A DNA stretch of 64,000 nucleotides. Source: Raillietiella orientalis. Lineage: Eukaryota. The position numbers and the translations under genes are program-made. The notes beneath the pieces are model-generated. The model had not been told where the DNA came from, did no database searches, and saw only the letters and a list, made by a program, of their open reading frames with translations. Where the stretch lies: the NCBI GenBank assembly GCA_036172245.1, contig JAYWIR010000045.1, positions 868,001-932,000 on the forward strand. Direction: 5' to 3'. Below are positions 11,201 through 33,968 of the stretch, piece by piece. Position 1 is the stretch's first letter, and every line of letters begins with the position of its first letter.

Positions 11201-14200
11201 CGGCGCGAAAAGTCCGCCCGCTCCCGCCTTCCCGACGGGGGAACTCCGGGTGCCCCCGAAATCCATCCCGGGGCCCTCCCTCCCCAGGGTTTCCGGGAGG
11301 CGGCCCGTCGTCGGGTGAAGGGCGCAGAACGAATCGCGCCGTCCCTACGCCCACAAGAGAGATGAGCATCGGGAGGGGAGCGCCACGCTGCCGGACGGGA
11401 AGAGCTGACTGGGAACCGTGCGCCTCGGGAGCTCCCTCTTGGAGAGGGGTCTTTCGGGAAGGGCGGCATGCAGAGGGCGAATACCCCTCTCCCCCCCACG
11501 GTCAGAAAAACATCCCGCGTGCCTTCTGGGAGCGCTCGGTCGATTCGCATTGTCCCGTTCGTTGGCACCCGGGTAGAGCGTGCTCTGGGGGGCCGGAAAG
11601 CAGCAACCGAGAGGAACGGGTGGGCGAGGGGCATCGGCGTCATCCCGAGACACCTGGCGTCGAAAGGAGGGAGCGCCGCCCCTACTTCTGAAGAGGTGGC
11701 TTTTTCTCTCCCATCCTCTTCCTTCTCCGGCAGCGGGTTAGTCGACGCCATGGCAACCCGCCTACGGAGGCCACGTGAGCGTTGCTGTCGACCTCATCCC
11801 TCCTGTTGGCCTCCTTCCAAGCGGGGGCCGAGCGATCGACTGGGTCTCCACCTACCCGCAGCCCGAGGGCGATCAGAGCTTGCGATTCCTGCGTGACCTT
11901 GAACGATCCGTCGCTCGGAAACCACTCGGCGCTTCCTGCCGGAGGGACTGTCCTTCCGGCCTACGGTGACCGCCCCTCCAGGTCCTAGGAAGGCGCGTCC
12001 GGAAGACGACCGAGGAGGGCCCGCCTGCCGCGCAGCTGTCGGGGGGGAAGGCGACCCCGCAGGCTCCCGAAAGGGCGACACAGCCTCGAAGATGGGGGAG
12101 GGGGTCCCTCCGACAGAGTGGATACGCGAGTCGCGCCCGACCAGTGCGAGGTGTGCAGGGTCATGCGTCCCGGGAGCCCCCACGCCCCCTTTCTCGGCTC
12201 CCGAAGGGTCCCTTTTCCGGATATTCTCAGCCTCCCTACTGCTCCTTCCAACGGACTGCGAGCACGGGCGTGTGGTTTCGAGGGGCGGCACCCCACGAAA
12301 TTCAGATGGCAGCAGGAGAGCCCGGAAGCGGGGGACGAGGCGGGGCACTGGCCGCGAGCGCCACCCCAGCTGGCGAACCATCCGCTGCTACTTCCCGTCT
12401 CTCCACGTCTCGCCGCGTCCCCGGACACATGGCAGCATCTAGCGACGCGTTCTGGAACCAACTTCCGGAGTCGCGACACTCCGAAGGCCTCCCGGTCTGA
12501 AGGGGTTTTTGGAGACTTCCCACGGTCCAGTAGCCTGCTGGGACAGCAGCGGACGCATCCTATTAAGGGACGGGGTGGAAGAGAGGGGACGGAGGAAAGA
12601 CAAAGTGGTTCGGGCACATCATTTCTCACAGTGCGCTTCAGTCACCACTTGCCACGGGATGCTGCCATCTCCACGCTTGGATCCACCAGAGCTCGCCGTC
12701 GCTCCCGGAAGTACCAAGGAGGCATTCCCGGAGGCAAGCCCTGCGCTTTTTGAGAGGGCGGGCGAGCTGCACGACGGCGTTCCCGAGGGCGGGAGGACTC
12801 CGAGACCCGGGATACGGTTACTTCTTCTCCCCCCCTTCTTCCACCGTTCCTTTCCTGAAAATGAAAGGAAGAAAAGATGCAGCAAGTGGAGCATCTCTAG
12901 TGGGAGAGCAGCGGGCCCATCCGGAGTAGGAGGGTCAGATGGACAGGGCGTCCAGCACGAAGCTGTGACGTAAGGCGCCAGGTGAGTGCGCCGGACGCCA
13001 CCAGGATGTCACCGGAGCTCCTGCCAGGTAGAGGAGCAGGAATGGAAGGGAAGGGGAGGGGCGAGTAGGCGGTGGGTTCCCTAGCGGCTGGAGCCGAAGG
13101 TGAGGTCCCCAGGGTAATGAGGAGCGAAGCCTACGAGTGCAGGGAGCAGTAGGCGCGCACCTTTTGTGATGAAAGCCGACCCCATCTCGGGAAGCGGTCG
13201 CGTCGAAGGGGCCGAATGCCTCATTGAGGGGCGCCGACTGGGACTGTGAGGTCGCGCGACGAACCGGGAAACAAGGCGGTGCCCAAGGAGCCACGCGGAG
13301 GATCACTACAGCCTTCCTCGCCTCTCTGAAGTTTCATTTGCTTCACGCTCCGGGGGCCGGTTGCCTTAGCAGCAAGACGAGAGACTGCTTCGCACTTGCT
13401 ACGCGCACGTGCACACACAGCCACGCTTGAGCGCAGCGCGTGTCCGTCCCGAATGCGCGTGTACGCGCGCGCGTTCGCGATGACGACTGCGTGTGTGTGC
13501 AGCGACACAAATTCGAGCGTCTGTCCGCGTTCCCCACGCGCAACTCCCGGAAAGGAATGCGCATTCTTTGAGGGAGCGTGGACTCCCATTTCTTCGACGC
13601 AGCCGTTGGTTTCGGAGGCTCCGCGTGGGAACCTCATCACAAACCTCTCCTACGCGTTGAGAGGTCTGAGGAGCCCTCGGGCACTTCATCCGAGGGTGTA
13701 CGCGCGTCCTAAGATGCGAGGGGCAGGTTCAAAGATCACCCGCACCGAGGTGGAGAATCGGTTGGTTGCCGGGTGAGTTCACCTACTCCACCCCGGCCCT
13801 CTCGAACTGCGCAGGTCCACAATCGGCAAAACGCGCGTTCCAGACACCCCATTCCTCGAGGTTACTACCGTATATGGGTGCATATGCCGCCCCCTCCTCC
13901 CCCGCACGCGCGCGCGCGCGCATCCGCCCGGTGCCTCGGACGTCAAAGGCGCTCCGTTTGCAAATCGCCTCCTCCGACTTTCGCCCTTCGGGTGGCTCGC
14001 GCCGCGTTTCCGTAGGTGTCATTCGACTCAGGAGCGCTTGAGCGTGGCCTGCTCTCCGGTGACACATGGTTCCCCACGTTTGCCTTTTGGCGGTTTTGCT
14101 CGTCTTCTCGCACGTTCGTTCGAAACCTATCGAATATGTGCAGGACAATTTCCACAAATACCAACCGGGTAAGTACCAATTTGTGAAACGCGCCGATTTG

Positions 14201-17048
14201 AAAGCCGTCTTTCGATGACCGTTGGTTTCCCCCCTCCCGCAGCGTTGCACGCGATTTTCAAGCAGCGACGCCTGCCTTCCGGAAATCAGAATCCCAATTT
14301 GCTTGACCGTTGCCTTTAGAACGGTCAAGCAAATCCTTAGAAGAATCCTTAGAAGAAGGACGAATTGCTGCGGGGTTCCTCGTGCCTTGCAAGGGCCGAT
14401 TACCTACGAATTTTCGGACTTTCCCCTTTTTTCTTCGACATTCGGTGTTCAAGTCTAGTGGTGTAAAAGAATCGTTTCTTCTGTTTTCATTTACATGCAC
14501 TGTCGTCAAAAATGTGCCCGTCGAAGTGTGCCAGATTGATGACTTTCGTCCAAGCACGCGAACGAAAGGAAGTTTTCGCAGAGATCACAGGCAGATGATT
14601 CAGTGCGCCGTTTCCGAATTTCACTCGAGTGACTTCCAGCTCAAGTACACAGGATAATGGGAAGAAACATCTGTTGATGCTGATTTGATGAATAATAAAT
14701 GGACATTAAGGTTGAGAATTAAAAGTGAGTTCTCGAAAAGCTCGATTTGAAAATCAACCCTTTGTGCGTTACTCAAGAAGTCCTCCACGCTTGGTAAAAG
14801 CCGTAGATGATATTTCTTCAGGGCATGTTGAAAAGGGAAAACACGAAAGAATCGCATCGGAATGATCGTGTGACCTTCGAGCTGCCTCTCCACGCACCAG
14901 CGGCGGTTGCTCTTGGGTTAGCAAACCGGAAGAATCGAAAGTGGGAATGCAGGCGCGAAAGCGAAACTGAAAACTCAAGCAGCATGGAGTGGGGGTTCCT
15001 GCGGTGTCCCGAAAGTCTTCTCTGACAGCACGTCCTTGCAACCCAGCGTGCTTGCTGCTAAGGAGATGCTTGAGAACTAAGGCTTTCGAGCCCATGGTTT
15101 CAAGGTTTTCTTTTCTTTTCTTTTTCTTTATCCCACCCGAAACTCGCAGACTTTGGTTCGAGTCCCGGTTAACGGGTCCGTCGAATTACACGCGACCTGG
15201 GAATGTTTTCTACCGAAGAGCACGTGGATCCAAAGTTTCTGACCGGAAAGCAGTTTGATCAGAAAATCAGATTCCAACTTTTTTTTTCCTTAGCGAAATT
15301 TGGTTTCGATGCCGTAGAATCGTGTTCTCTACGTGTCGATTCGTATGTTCTCGCGGAATGGAAATTTGGCGAACCTTTCGAAGAACCGTAGGCATTTGCA
15401 AGTCGGCTGTTTTTCTTTTCCTTTTTTTTTTTTTTTTTCCCTTGAATGTGGGCGGACGGCGAAAGCCGACTTTCCCTCTTTCATAGGAAGCAGAGTTCTT
15501 GAAAGGAGGCACCCGCACTGAGCGTCTGAATGCATACATCGAAATTTCAACGACGGAGGGCACCCCCCATTTGGAGGACGGGCTCGAACTCACAAGAGAC
15601 ATCTTCGAATGCAAGATACGTTGTTCCAGTTTTTCTACAAATGAGAAACCGCAAGCTGGAAAAGCACTTTGCACACCGATCGAAGATTCGTCAGATGATT
15701 CTCGTAGTGTTTTTCCGGGCTTGTGGCGCCCTTTCAGGTCATCTTAGTGGAAAACATTTGTAAATTGAGAAATTCGAATGCCGAAACCACGACTTTCATG
15801 TCAGAAATTCCTCGTCACAGTGTAAACTTTATCCGCAAATTGGGCGTTCATCCTCTGCACATTACATTAAAAGGGAGTCAGGTGTGCTCTTTTATGGATT
15901 ACGTAAGCAACTGATGTTGGAACGGCTAATGAAACCACAAGCAAATTTTTCACCATCCTAAGGCATTCCAGCACGCAGAAATTTGGTGAAATGGTTTTTG
16001 CGGTCTTTCTCGAGTTTATCCACATCACGAAGGCACTTGACGTAGAGGTTATACGTTCGTATGATCATACTGATGCGTTGCCATTTGCAATTACTCATTA
16101 CGGGATTGGTGAATGATATGGGCTCCCAAACTCCCTACGCAGGGCTATTTAGAGTAGGTTAGCGCTTTTCTTTGTGGGGGATGACCAGAGTTTCGCAGCA
16201 ACGTTAACATTCCGTTTGATTAAGATGGCCTTCCGACATATGTAGTTCACAGCTTCGAAGGTCACTTTTATCCCCACGAAATTACCAGTACGTCTTGGCT
16301 CCTTTGTAATTTGACTGTTTTTCAGAAACATGTTGGTGCAGATTTGTGCTTTGCAGGAAGTATTTAAATACACTAGCGCGCTTTTTATATCTAGTGCCTA
16401 TTGTATATTTCCTTCACAAACACCAAAGTTAACGAACTTTGGTGCCATGCCCAAGATTCACATCATTTCGGGTTGGCTTTGGAGAAGAATTTCCCAAAAA
16501 TGAAAAAGAAAATAAGATATGCCCGCTTCGTTTTCCAGTTTCGCTTAGGTTTTAGCTGGGAGGGGGGGAGGGGAGGGTAAACGCACGCATTACCGCAAAC
16601 TTTTCCATTATTTTTTAAACTTTTGATAAGCTTACCTCAAGCATTTTAAAGAAAATACAATGTGGCATTCCATCATTATATTTCTTTCCCACGCAGTGTT
16701 ATTCTGAGTAAGAGTCTGAGGCTCAAGAAAGCCTTTTGACCCATCCGGAGGTGTTTGGCACGTAATTGCTCTCATTCGTATACCAAACATTGCTCTATCG
16801 CCTTGAGAATGTGTCGATGCAGTTTTATTGAATATTCCGTTGCAGTGATTTAATGGCATTTTTTTCCTTTATAGTGTTATTCCCGGTGTCTTCAACTGTG
16901 ATGCCTGTCAAGAATGAAATCGGTGTCCCTGCTTTTCGTCTAAGCTCTGAAACGTATAAAGGAAAGAAGGCGTCGGAATTCTTCGAAAGCGAAAGTAAAT
17001 TGAAATAAACTTCAAGACACATGAAAATCTAAAAAACGCTGGTGATAA

Positions 17049-17054
17049 TTTATT
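17049..17054 (-). promoter_or_regulatory. Candidate polyadenylation signal (AATAAA) for RUVBL2
   Basis: TTTATT on the plus strand, about 35 nt downstream of the RUVBL2 stop codon. Confidence 0.5.
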
Positions 17055-17087
17055 TACCATTACATATATGGAATAAAAATGAATTCG

Positions 17088-25749
<8,662 letters not shown>

Positions 25750-28049
25750 TATAAGGTGTTTTTTCGTGCGTGTTTTCCTTTTTTAATCACTCTTTATGTA
25801 GTGTTCGAGAGCTCCCCCCTTTTTGATGGGAATCCAACAAAATCCTATGATAACATTTTAAACCAGAAAAGCAGCTACAGAATGACGTCAGAAACATCCT
25901 TGGAATGAAATTATGAAATGTTCTCTCAAAAGATATTCAAAATCATTCGGCACATGAGCTTGCGGTATATCAGCATACTCTTAGCAAAAGCACTGTGAAC
26001 ATTTCTTGAAATCCACTTTTGTAACCATGATAGCCTCCATCACACAGCCTCCTATGCTTCCACGGTTAAAACACATTGTTCCAATATTATTACTTTGATT
26101 GGATCTTTAAAGATGACAACATCTAAGGTATTTTTCATGGTACACTTCATTTGGTCTCAGAGTGTCTACTGACGCTATTACTGCATCCTCAGCACTTTAT
26201 TATCGTCATGGCATCATTAACGTGCTCTCAAGCATCATGAACGGGACCCCAGGTCGGCTCCGTTTCCAGGCACCAAGCGCCCCGCGCTGTTGGATTCGTT
26301 ACAAAACTCGTGTTTTGCCTCCGCCATCCTTTGTGGTCCCAAAAGATGAAGTTTCGGCGTTTTCTTCTAGCTGATGACCAATGCTTTATCAATCTCATTA
26401 TCGATGGTTGCTTCATGAATATTTCATTTCATTTGGTCTCCCAAGCCTGTTGTGAAAGCAATCCATAATCTTTCGTTTCATCCCATTCATGTTGATTCAA
26501 CGCGTCTGTCATGAATATGTCCGGAATAAACTCAGAATTACATATCCCGGAATTCGAAATACATCTTCATGGTAGCTTAGAAACATTCCATGCTAAGCTA
26601 TTCCTACCCCCTATGGAAAATTCATCAATTACTCGGACAGGTAGCACAGAAATGATCCACGTGAAAGAAGTCTCTCTACTTGCAAATGAATCTCATCTCC
26701 GTGAATCACGCATGTACTTGATATACATTCATATATGAAGTCAAGTGGAAATACTGGGATTCTCCATAACTGGGAAACACAATTACTATATTCATAATCG
26801 AGGATTTACAAGCTCAGATTCTAGTGTTCGTTCACGGGGGACCTGGAGACGCGACCTCGTACTGTCTTGTCATCGAATGTACATCGTGTTCAATAATTTA
26901 TATGTATTACTGCAGTACATTGCGCAACCAGCTGGTCGGAATCCGCAATGGACATGTAAACTGCCATCGGTTGCTATTTATCCGTCCAGCTTTTGAAACT
27001 GTGGGTAGCTGATCTCTGAGATGCGATTCGGACGACTTTCTCCTGGAACGCCAGGCATACAAGGAAGCAAAGAATCTTCGTCTACATCGAAGCGCTTCCT
27101 CAAAACTCATGCTCGGTTCGCGCTGGGTGGCACTGGTTGTTTTGGTCTGTACACATGCCGCCACTTTCCTAGAACCGAAGCTCCCAGTTAAATTTTGAAA
27201 GGGAAGACATCATCGCAACAGCAATTTGGTGCCCTGCGCTGTTAGTGACCCGAGGCGGGATAGTTGAAAGCATAGCAGCTGACTCGCTGCAAAGGCAAAA
27301 GTTTGCCTTTGACCCTTTGGGTGCGCAGCCCACCAGATTGAAACGTTCCGTGTTGACGGCACGCAAATCGCAGTTGCGGCCTCTGTGGACGGCGTGGTTT
27401 TTCGCGTACCGCGTACTCGATCAGAGGTACCAATTGACTTCATACAGTTACTGTTGTAATTCTTTATTTACACCACATTAAACAAAGTATTTTCTCTTTT
27501 CCCAAACATATATTATTTATTTAGAAATTATAATTATAATTCGAATAAAATCGATAATCCATTCACATTTTTCAAGATATCGCAAAGATGGAAAACAATA
27601 CAAAAAATTGTATATGACACTGAGAAAAACCGAGAATAGTTAGCCGATATACATAGAATTTTGTTCGCTGTTGTTGCTAAGCGAATGATAAGAACGTAAG
27701 CTTATGTGTCCATCTCAAACTTGGATGGTGTCAACTTATGTCGCGAGTATATAAAATAAAAGCATTTGCCAGACGCATAGATGCGTCCATTGCACTCAAA
27801 GGGTTACAAAGAAAAAAGCGTCGAGTTCGAAGATTCTTCAGAAAATTAAAAATTACGTAAATATCAGAGAGGATGAGTAGATAAGAAGTCTTGAAGTGGT
27901 TAATTTTTTTTGTGTCAGAGGTGCTGATCGTTTGATGGCTTCAGCAGCAAATTTTATTTTTTTTTAAGGAGCGAAATTTTGAAACTGCGGTCCAGGGAAA
28001 TCAGAAATCTCTGATGAGGATTCATTCTTCATCAGAGGTCGGAAATGAC

Positions 28050-30143
28050 GAAATGTTACGGTGAGCAATAGTGGAGTGAAGAACATAAGGTCAAATACTT
28101 ATATGGATCCGTAGTGATGTCTCAGAAATGGGAAGCAAGGAGCATCTTGGTAGATGTCGGCAGTTGTGTTTTTCCCTCCGTCTGAGTGGCACTTCCAAAG
28201 ATGGAGGACAGTTCATTACAAGAAACTGCCGCGCGCGCTAAGCAGATCAAAATATCTTTCCCAACCGCGGGAGATTCCCGCGCGCTTCTCTGAAAAAAAC
28301 AGATTGCCCAAAAACTCGTTCGGATCTCCGGTCCCATCGAAGTAGCAGGATCGAGCAGATGAGATGAACCGTACCCGACACAGCCGTGTTCGACACACTT
28401 TGCACGATCGTGGCTTTCCGGAAATCCCCAAAGGCATTCTGGCCATCGAGATTCCTAAGGAGGCCACCGAGACGATCGGAATTATCACGACTGGCAGATT
28501 GCATGGTGGCTGGTTTTTTCCTTTCCCAGGGTAGGAGAAGAGAGGGGTAGGGAAGGGGGGAGTCATGCCATTCAGGGAGAACCCAGAAAGGTCTTATTAA
28601 ATAATTTCATCCTTACTTCATGCTGCATCCGAAGATAAACATCGCGCACACTATCGTTTGGTTCAAGAAAAAACAAGCAAAAGCCTTGCCACCCTGTCGT
28701 ACAGCGAGGGTGCTCGGACCCCTGAAAAGCCTGCAGCAGTTTCGCCATCGGCTCTTCAAAATCGGTTGCGAGAAAAAGAGTCTCTGCAATATTCCCGCTG
28801 TCTGCCATCTTCTTGCAGCAAAATAAGCTCAGTCAGGAAGGAGGCCACCTGGGACTGCCCGCTGCCGCCGCCAAGCTTCACGCTGTCACCTTTCTCAAGG
28901 TGTGTCCCCCTGCCAATTTCATCTTCAGTTTCCAGGCGAGAAAGAGCGATTCACACGCGTGGCTCTTCGGATCGCTCTCCACCTCTAAACACCTCCACCT
29001 CCACCTCCACCTCTTCCCTACCCATGTTGGAGGCGTCGTCGAAGACATGGCTCCACGTTCCCCCTTCTTACAAGGGACCGAGAAAAAGTGGTCCAACGAA
29101 TCGATTCCATCTGCGTAAATGTCGGCAAAAAGCGATTATTGGCATTCCTGATGCTCCCTGTACTCCGTAAAAAAAGATTAAAGTAGCGACACCATTTCAC
29201 CTTCTCTTCTCTCGTGCGGGGACAGAATAATCGATGCGAGCCAGCGTGCGTGCTACCTCGCGGCGCTAAGGTACTCATTCATCCATCCCCAATCGTCTGT
29301 TTGCCGCGAGTACCAGTTTCTGGTGCAACAGGACTTTCTGTTTCGGACGGTGCGATTTTTCCGAGAATGCCTAATCTCCAGGAAGTTGACTCACTTTCGC
29401 CTTCCTCACTCCTGTCTTTCATCCCGCCATCTGAAAGAAAATATCTCGAGGGACCTCCAAAGGAACGTTTCATCTTATTTCTCTCTTCTTTTCTCTCTGA
29501 TGGTTAATGGTAAGGAACGACAAAGATGCAGCCATCAAGTTAGCGACCTGAATAACGGATGGGGAGAGGTTCGATCCGTGGGGTCATCACCTCACGACGG
29601 ATGGATTCGCTGCGCGTCTATCTGCGAGCCACGGTGAGTGTGGCGCGCATCCTCGGTCTGGCGAGAGTGTCTGGCGTGAGATTCAGGAACGCAGCACATG
29701 GGCTCGCACCCGAAAATTCGTTTCGGAGCAGCTGGCGCCTCGCCGAAGTGCTGCAGGATGGTAAAAGAGGGCACTTCATGGAGCCCGGTGGGAGTGCAGA
29801 CAGACCTTCTGGGAGGAGCTCCAATCCTGCATCTTCTGCAGGTTGTTTTCTCTCTCTGGAAAGAAATGTTTCTGTATGGACAGCTTAGAAGAACCCGATC
29901 CGGGTTTGGATCCAGTTGCTAGGCAAGGCAAAGCAACTCAAGATCTTCCGGTTTGGAGATGGCAGGGGTCGCTCGAAGTCTTCGGTTGAAAGATCTCAGG
30001 AGAATGAGGGCTGCGGCAGCCATACCGTCGTACATACAGAATCCGCTTCATACAGTGACCATGAAAGCCTGACGCCCTGTTACAGACGGAATCGAAAGAA
30101 TGAATTGGAGAGACTGCTCAGTTCCCAGTGGGAGAACCCCTAA
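28050..30143 (+). mobile_element. Decayed RTE-clade (Expander-like) LINE ORF relic, 3' part
   Basis: Frameshifted peptides collinear with RTE reverse transcriptase: NLQEVDSLSP (~GLHQGSALSP), NNGWGEVRS then GVITSRRM..RVYLRATVSVARILGLARV (~AGWNGWRKVSGVLCDRRV..KVYKTVVRPAMLYGLETV), LYGQLRR (~WFGHVQR), GDGRGRSK (~RKRGRPK). By-eye homology. Confidence 0.6.
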
Positions 30144-31249
30144 ACACTACAGCCGCTGCAAGACCTGCTCCCCCTCTGCAGCATAAAACCATCTCCAAGG
30201 CCTTCACCCTGATGGTCTCGGAGAGGAGAGGCGTCCGGAAAAGATCGACTCTCCAATCATGAGAGAAAAAGCAGAGGTGTTGGGGAGGACTCGCTCCTGA
30301 CTAGTGCGTTTTCTGCCAAGAGGAAAGAAGCGGGGAGAAATCAACCTGCCTCTTTGCTAGGAGAAGCTGCATCCATAGGAGAAAGGAAGAAGAATCGAAA
30401 TGTAGCAGGTGCTCGTTTTCCCTAATTCTAAAAACCATTCACGCTCTCATGTTACGAGATGGCCGCTGCTGCACGGAGTAGAGTGCTCTCCGCCCCCTTT
30501 CACTCTACAAGATCGCCAAGATGCCTCCCACTGATGCGGAGGAGTGAAAAGGGATGGCTGCTTTGCCAGAGAGGAAATTCCTTGTGCTGATGCGGCAGCA
30601 GAGGCGCTTCCACCCTCTCCAGGCGCGCGTGCTCTGGACGAACCGCGTGAGGCGATCTTGATCTAGGGGGAAGGAAGGATGGGCGTTCGAAGAGGGTCAT
30701 AGGGGTGAAGCCCATACCACAGCAAAGACGCGGCTTGGAAGATCTGCCTCGGAAACCGCTAGTAGGGCCGCCTCTGGCCCCCCGATCGACACATTACCTG
30801 AGCCGTCCTGTGCTCGTCTGGGAGAATTCCCGTTCCGGAGTTTCCTTTCCTCCCTAAACTCTACAAAGCTACCAAAATATCGGTGGTTGCCGATCATGGT
30901 GAAGTTATCCACGCCATCGGCGGTGTGCGGCAGTACTCTGAAATATGCACCGCGGGGAAGAAACGGGAGCGGACACGGACGAAGGTGCCACCGAGCAGGT
31001 GGGTCTCTGCCTCAGCTGGCATTCCTACTCCTGCTTAGCCTAGATTTTTCTCCTCCGGCGAGAGAGGTGCCCATTCGCTTCTCCTCCTCGAGGCAGGGAT
31101 TCCCTGGGTGTTTGTCGCCCGCCTCTTTGGAGCGGGACGATCGGAAAATAGTCCCACCTCTCGAATTCACTCCAGACAGCCCTGTCCCGATATCTGCGTG
31201 GGAGGGGTCGCCCCACCACCACAATATTCCGTGAACCGTGCAAGAGTGC

Positions 31250-31750
31250 AAGGAACATGGAGCAGGAGCCCTCGCGGGCACCTCTCCAAGTTGTTCGATG
31301 GAGCGGACCCCCCTCAGTGGGGATTACCCTCCGAGTCGTCGCCTCTTCATGGAGTGCAAGGAAGCAAGCGAGAGCGATTCCCTGCGGGAAGCTGTAGCTC
31401 CCCTTCTGAGTTTCGGAAGCGTCCCTTCGGGGTTCTCTTCAGAGGAGTGAACAGGAGCGGTTCCCTTGAGGGTTCCCTCCGGAGAAGAAATTCCTACAAG
31501 CGGATCGGATCCTTTCCGGGTTCCCTTCGGAAAAGTTGAAATGGAGAGGAAACCCCTCCCCATTGGGGAGGAAGGGTGTTCCTCCGGAGAGAATGAGGAA
31601 GGAGATTCCCTTCGGGGTTCTCCTTCGAAGACAACCAGGGTGGGAGGTGCGATCCCCCAAGGGATTCCCCCTTAAGCGTGAGAGGAACGGACTCCGAGCC
31701 CTTCCTGGATTCATATCGTAGGGCGGAACCCCCCTTCTGGGGGGCCCTAT
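31250..31750 (+). mobile_element. SINE-like interspersed repeat, copy B (head not recognised)
   Basis: Same subrepeat body (CCCTTCGGGGTTCTC, GGAGAAGAAA, GACAACCAGGG) and 3' GAGCCCTTCCTGGATTCATA as the other copies. Confidence 0.65.
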
Positions 31751-32279
31751 CCTGAAGAAAAGCATCGTCCCCCTTGCCTCAGGCGGAGAGGAGTGGAAAC
31801 AAAACAGTGTGTTCAAAAGGGCCACGTGCGCCGCGAGGCACGCGATCGGCTCTTGAGGCTCACTTAACGAACCAAAACAAAGAAAATCCGAAAAAAAAAA
31901 ATCCCGTGAACCGTCTTGGGATTTTCCGGCCTGAAGCCTTGTCTTCCTAGGTGGAAAGATGGCTGCTGTTTTTCCTTCTCCCTTTCTCCTTCCTCTTAGC
32001 GCCTGCCAGCGAACGGCCTCTTCCTGTGCTTCCGCTCTTCACCTGCCAGGGACATCAAGGACGACCTCCCCAAGTCTTCCAAGACAGGAAGCAGAACTGT
32101 TGTGTCGCTGCTGTTCATCGGTTGCCGGGCAACGGCACCCTGTTTCCAGCTATAAGGTCTTCCTCACTAACGGTTCTTCGATCCGTTCCCTCCCTCCTCC
32201 CTCACCTACTCGGTTTCGCAGCTTCCCGCCAGAGGGCAGTAGAGATCCATTTGCACCAGAGTGGCTGACCACACCTCTT

Positions 32280-33480
32280 CCAGGCCGTGGGGATGCTTCC
32301 CTTCATCCTCTCAAGAGATGAAGAAGAAATGGGCCTGTCTGACCTCCGACTGTTTGGAGGTTCTCTCCAGGCAATCGGAAGGGTGCCGAGGCATGGCTGC
32401 TAATGGAGGAAAGACGGTTCCTGTTACGAAAGGACTGACAGATCAATCCCTTCCGTGTGGGAGGGAAGCAAGAGGAGAAATTCCCAAACGGGCGCACGTC
32501 CGGGAGCTCTTGACCACCGACCCATGTGTTCACAAGGAGGTTTTTTCGACAGTGGAGGATGTCCTCTCCGGACCAGCTGTTCAGGACGGAGCCTGCACCT
32601 CGAATCGGGAGCCTGGAAGGCCTTGGACTCGAAGGTCGCATAGAAGCCATAGAAGGCACTGCTGTTGCTGGTGCCTGTGGAAGGTTTCCTCCGAAAACCT
32701 ATCTACTAGAGCCGGGTGGCTCTCCGCTTCTTCCAGAAGGTGGAGGATCGGTCCGGGAGGAAGGAAGCCTCCCAGCCTCTCGTATAGACCAGGGATCCCC
32801 CTCTTCCGGTGGCATTCAGTCGTGACATCAACTTCGCGTGAGGCGCGAGCGCGCGTGCTCTCGTCGCCCTCCGCCCAGCTAGCTCGCTCCGCGCGTGGCC
32901 CGACGAAACCCACGAGCCCCACGCTGACCCCAGAGCGGGCGAAGTCCCTCCGCAGGACGCCTGGGAAACTCTTGGGTGCGAACAGGATGCCGTAAGATCC
33001 TCTGCAAACGACGAGTCCTGTCTCTCGAGGAGCCACCTGACTCAATCGTCCTTCTCCATGCCAGTGGCAGCTGATGGGAGAGATCGTGTGGTTGCCTCTG
33101 GAAACCCGGAAGGCGCAGCCGGCTTCCTAGATACAGCAGGTAGCGGTCCACTGGTGCTCATTCTTTCGATTTTCACTTCTCCGGCGACCGCTGTTGCATC
33201 CGAAGGGTGCCCATCAGTCGTCTCTATGGACAAGACTCTGATGCCGAGGCTCGACAATGGCTCTGCTTTCTCCGACGACTGTTATCGTCAGGAGGACACC
33301 ATCCTGCAAGAATGTCCCTTCCTTATCTGGAAGGGAGACTCCTTCCCTTACTGAAAGACCTTGTGAGGGCAGCAACATCGTGCCCTCTCTCGAGAGGATA
33401 GCCCTGTGGGTTTCTCCTCCGTCTTCGAAAAGGTCACCTGAGTAAGAAAGGACGATCACGTGCTGAACCGGTGGCACCCG
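32280..33480 (+). mobile_element. Decayed RTE-clade LINE reverse transcriptase relic
   Basis: WACLTSDCLEVLSR (~WKCLGEVAVEFLTR), TVPVTKGLTDQSLPCGREARG (~LVPIFKNKGDVQSCSNYRG) and WQLMGEIV (~WTMMFADDIV). Confidence 0.5.
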
Positions 33481-33968
33481 TGACTACGTTCCTCGTGCCT
33501 CCTTGGTGGGAAGAAGATTAAGGAAGGACCAGACAACAAAACCGAGGAAGAATGGGAAGGAAGGACGGATGTGTGAGACCCAGCATCGGAAGGAAGGGAA
33601 TGCCCAGAAAGATCGTGGAAGGCAACCAGGAAGAACGGAGCTTTCCAGCGATTTCCCACAACGGAGGCCATCGGACGGATGCTCCGATAGCCTCTGCGAT
33701 CCTCCCTTCCGCGGCTCGCCAGCGCGCAGACCCTCCGTCCTCAAGTGCCAGCAGCGGTAGTGGCGGTGGAGGCACTGGCAGGCTCGGGTGGCTGCGGAGG
33801 CACCGCGGATGTGTCGAGCGCCACAGTTCATCTCTGGCGCACGAGAAGAACGTTGCCTTCACGAAGAACGTTCCTCGCTCCCGCTTTCCTCTCCTTTCCC
33901 GGGTAGCCGCCACCAATACCTCTTTAAAGCACCCTCAAAGGAACGGAGATGTCCAGCTGCCTTCCCCT

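Noticed and set aside
10558..11751. 397-aa ORF on the minus strand
   Set aside because: Low-complexity Arg/Pro/Gly/Ala content, overlapping ORFs in several frames and no recognisable domain; expected in GC-rich DNA.
15145..15180. GGTTCGAGTCCCGG, tRNA T-loop / B-box-like
   Set aside because: No acceptor, D or anticodon stems could be built around it.
26907..27164. 85-aa ORF downstream of TTLL1
   Set aside because: No recognisable homology or convincing exon chain.
28009..28055. CTGATGAG...GAAA resembling a hammerhead ribozyme core
   Set aside because: The CTGATGA is sequestered in a simple hairpin with TCATCAG, and no three-stem junction is evident.
31400..31720. Regularly spaced short repeats suggestive of a CRISPR array
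   Set aside because: Units are degenerate tandem subrepeats without unique spacers, in eukaryotic DNA with no cas genes.
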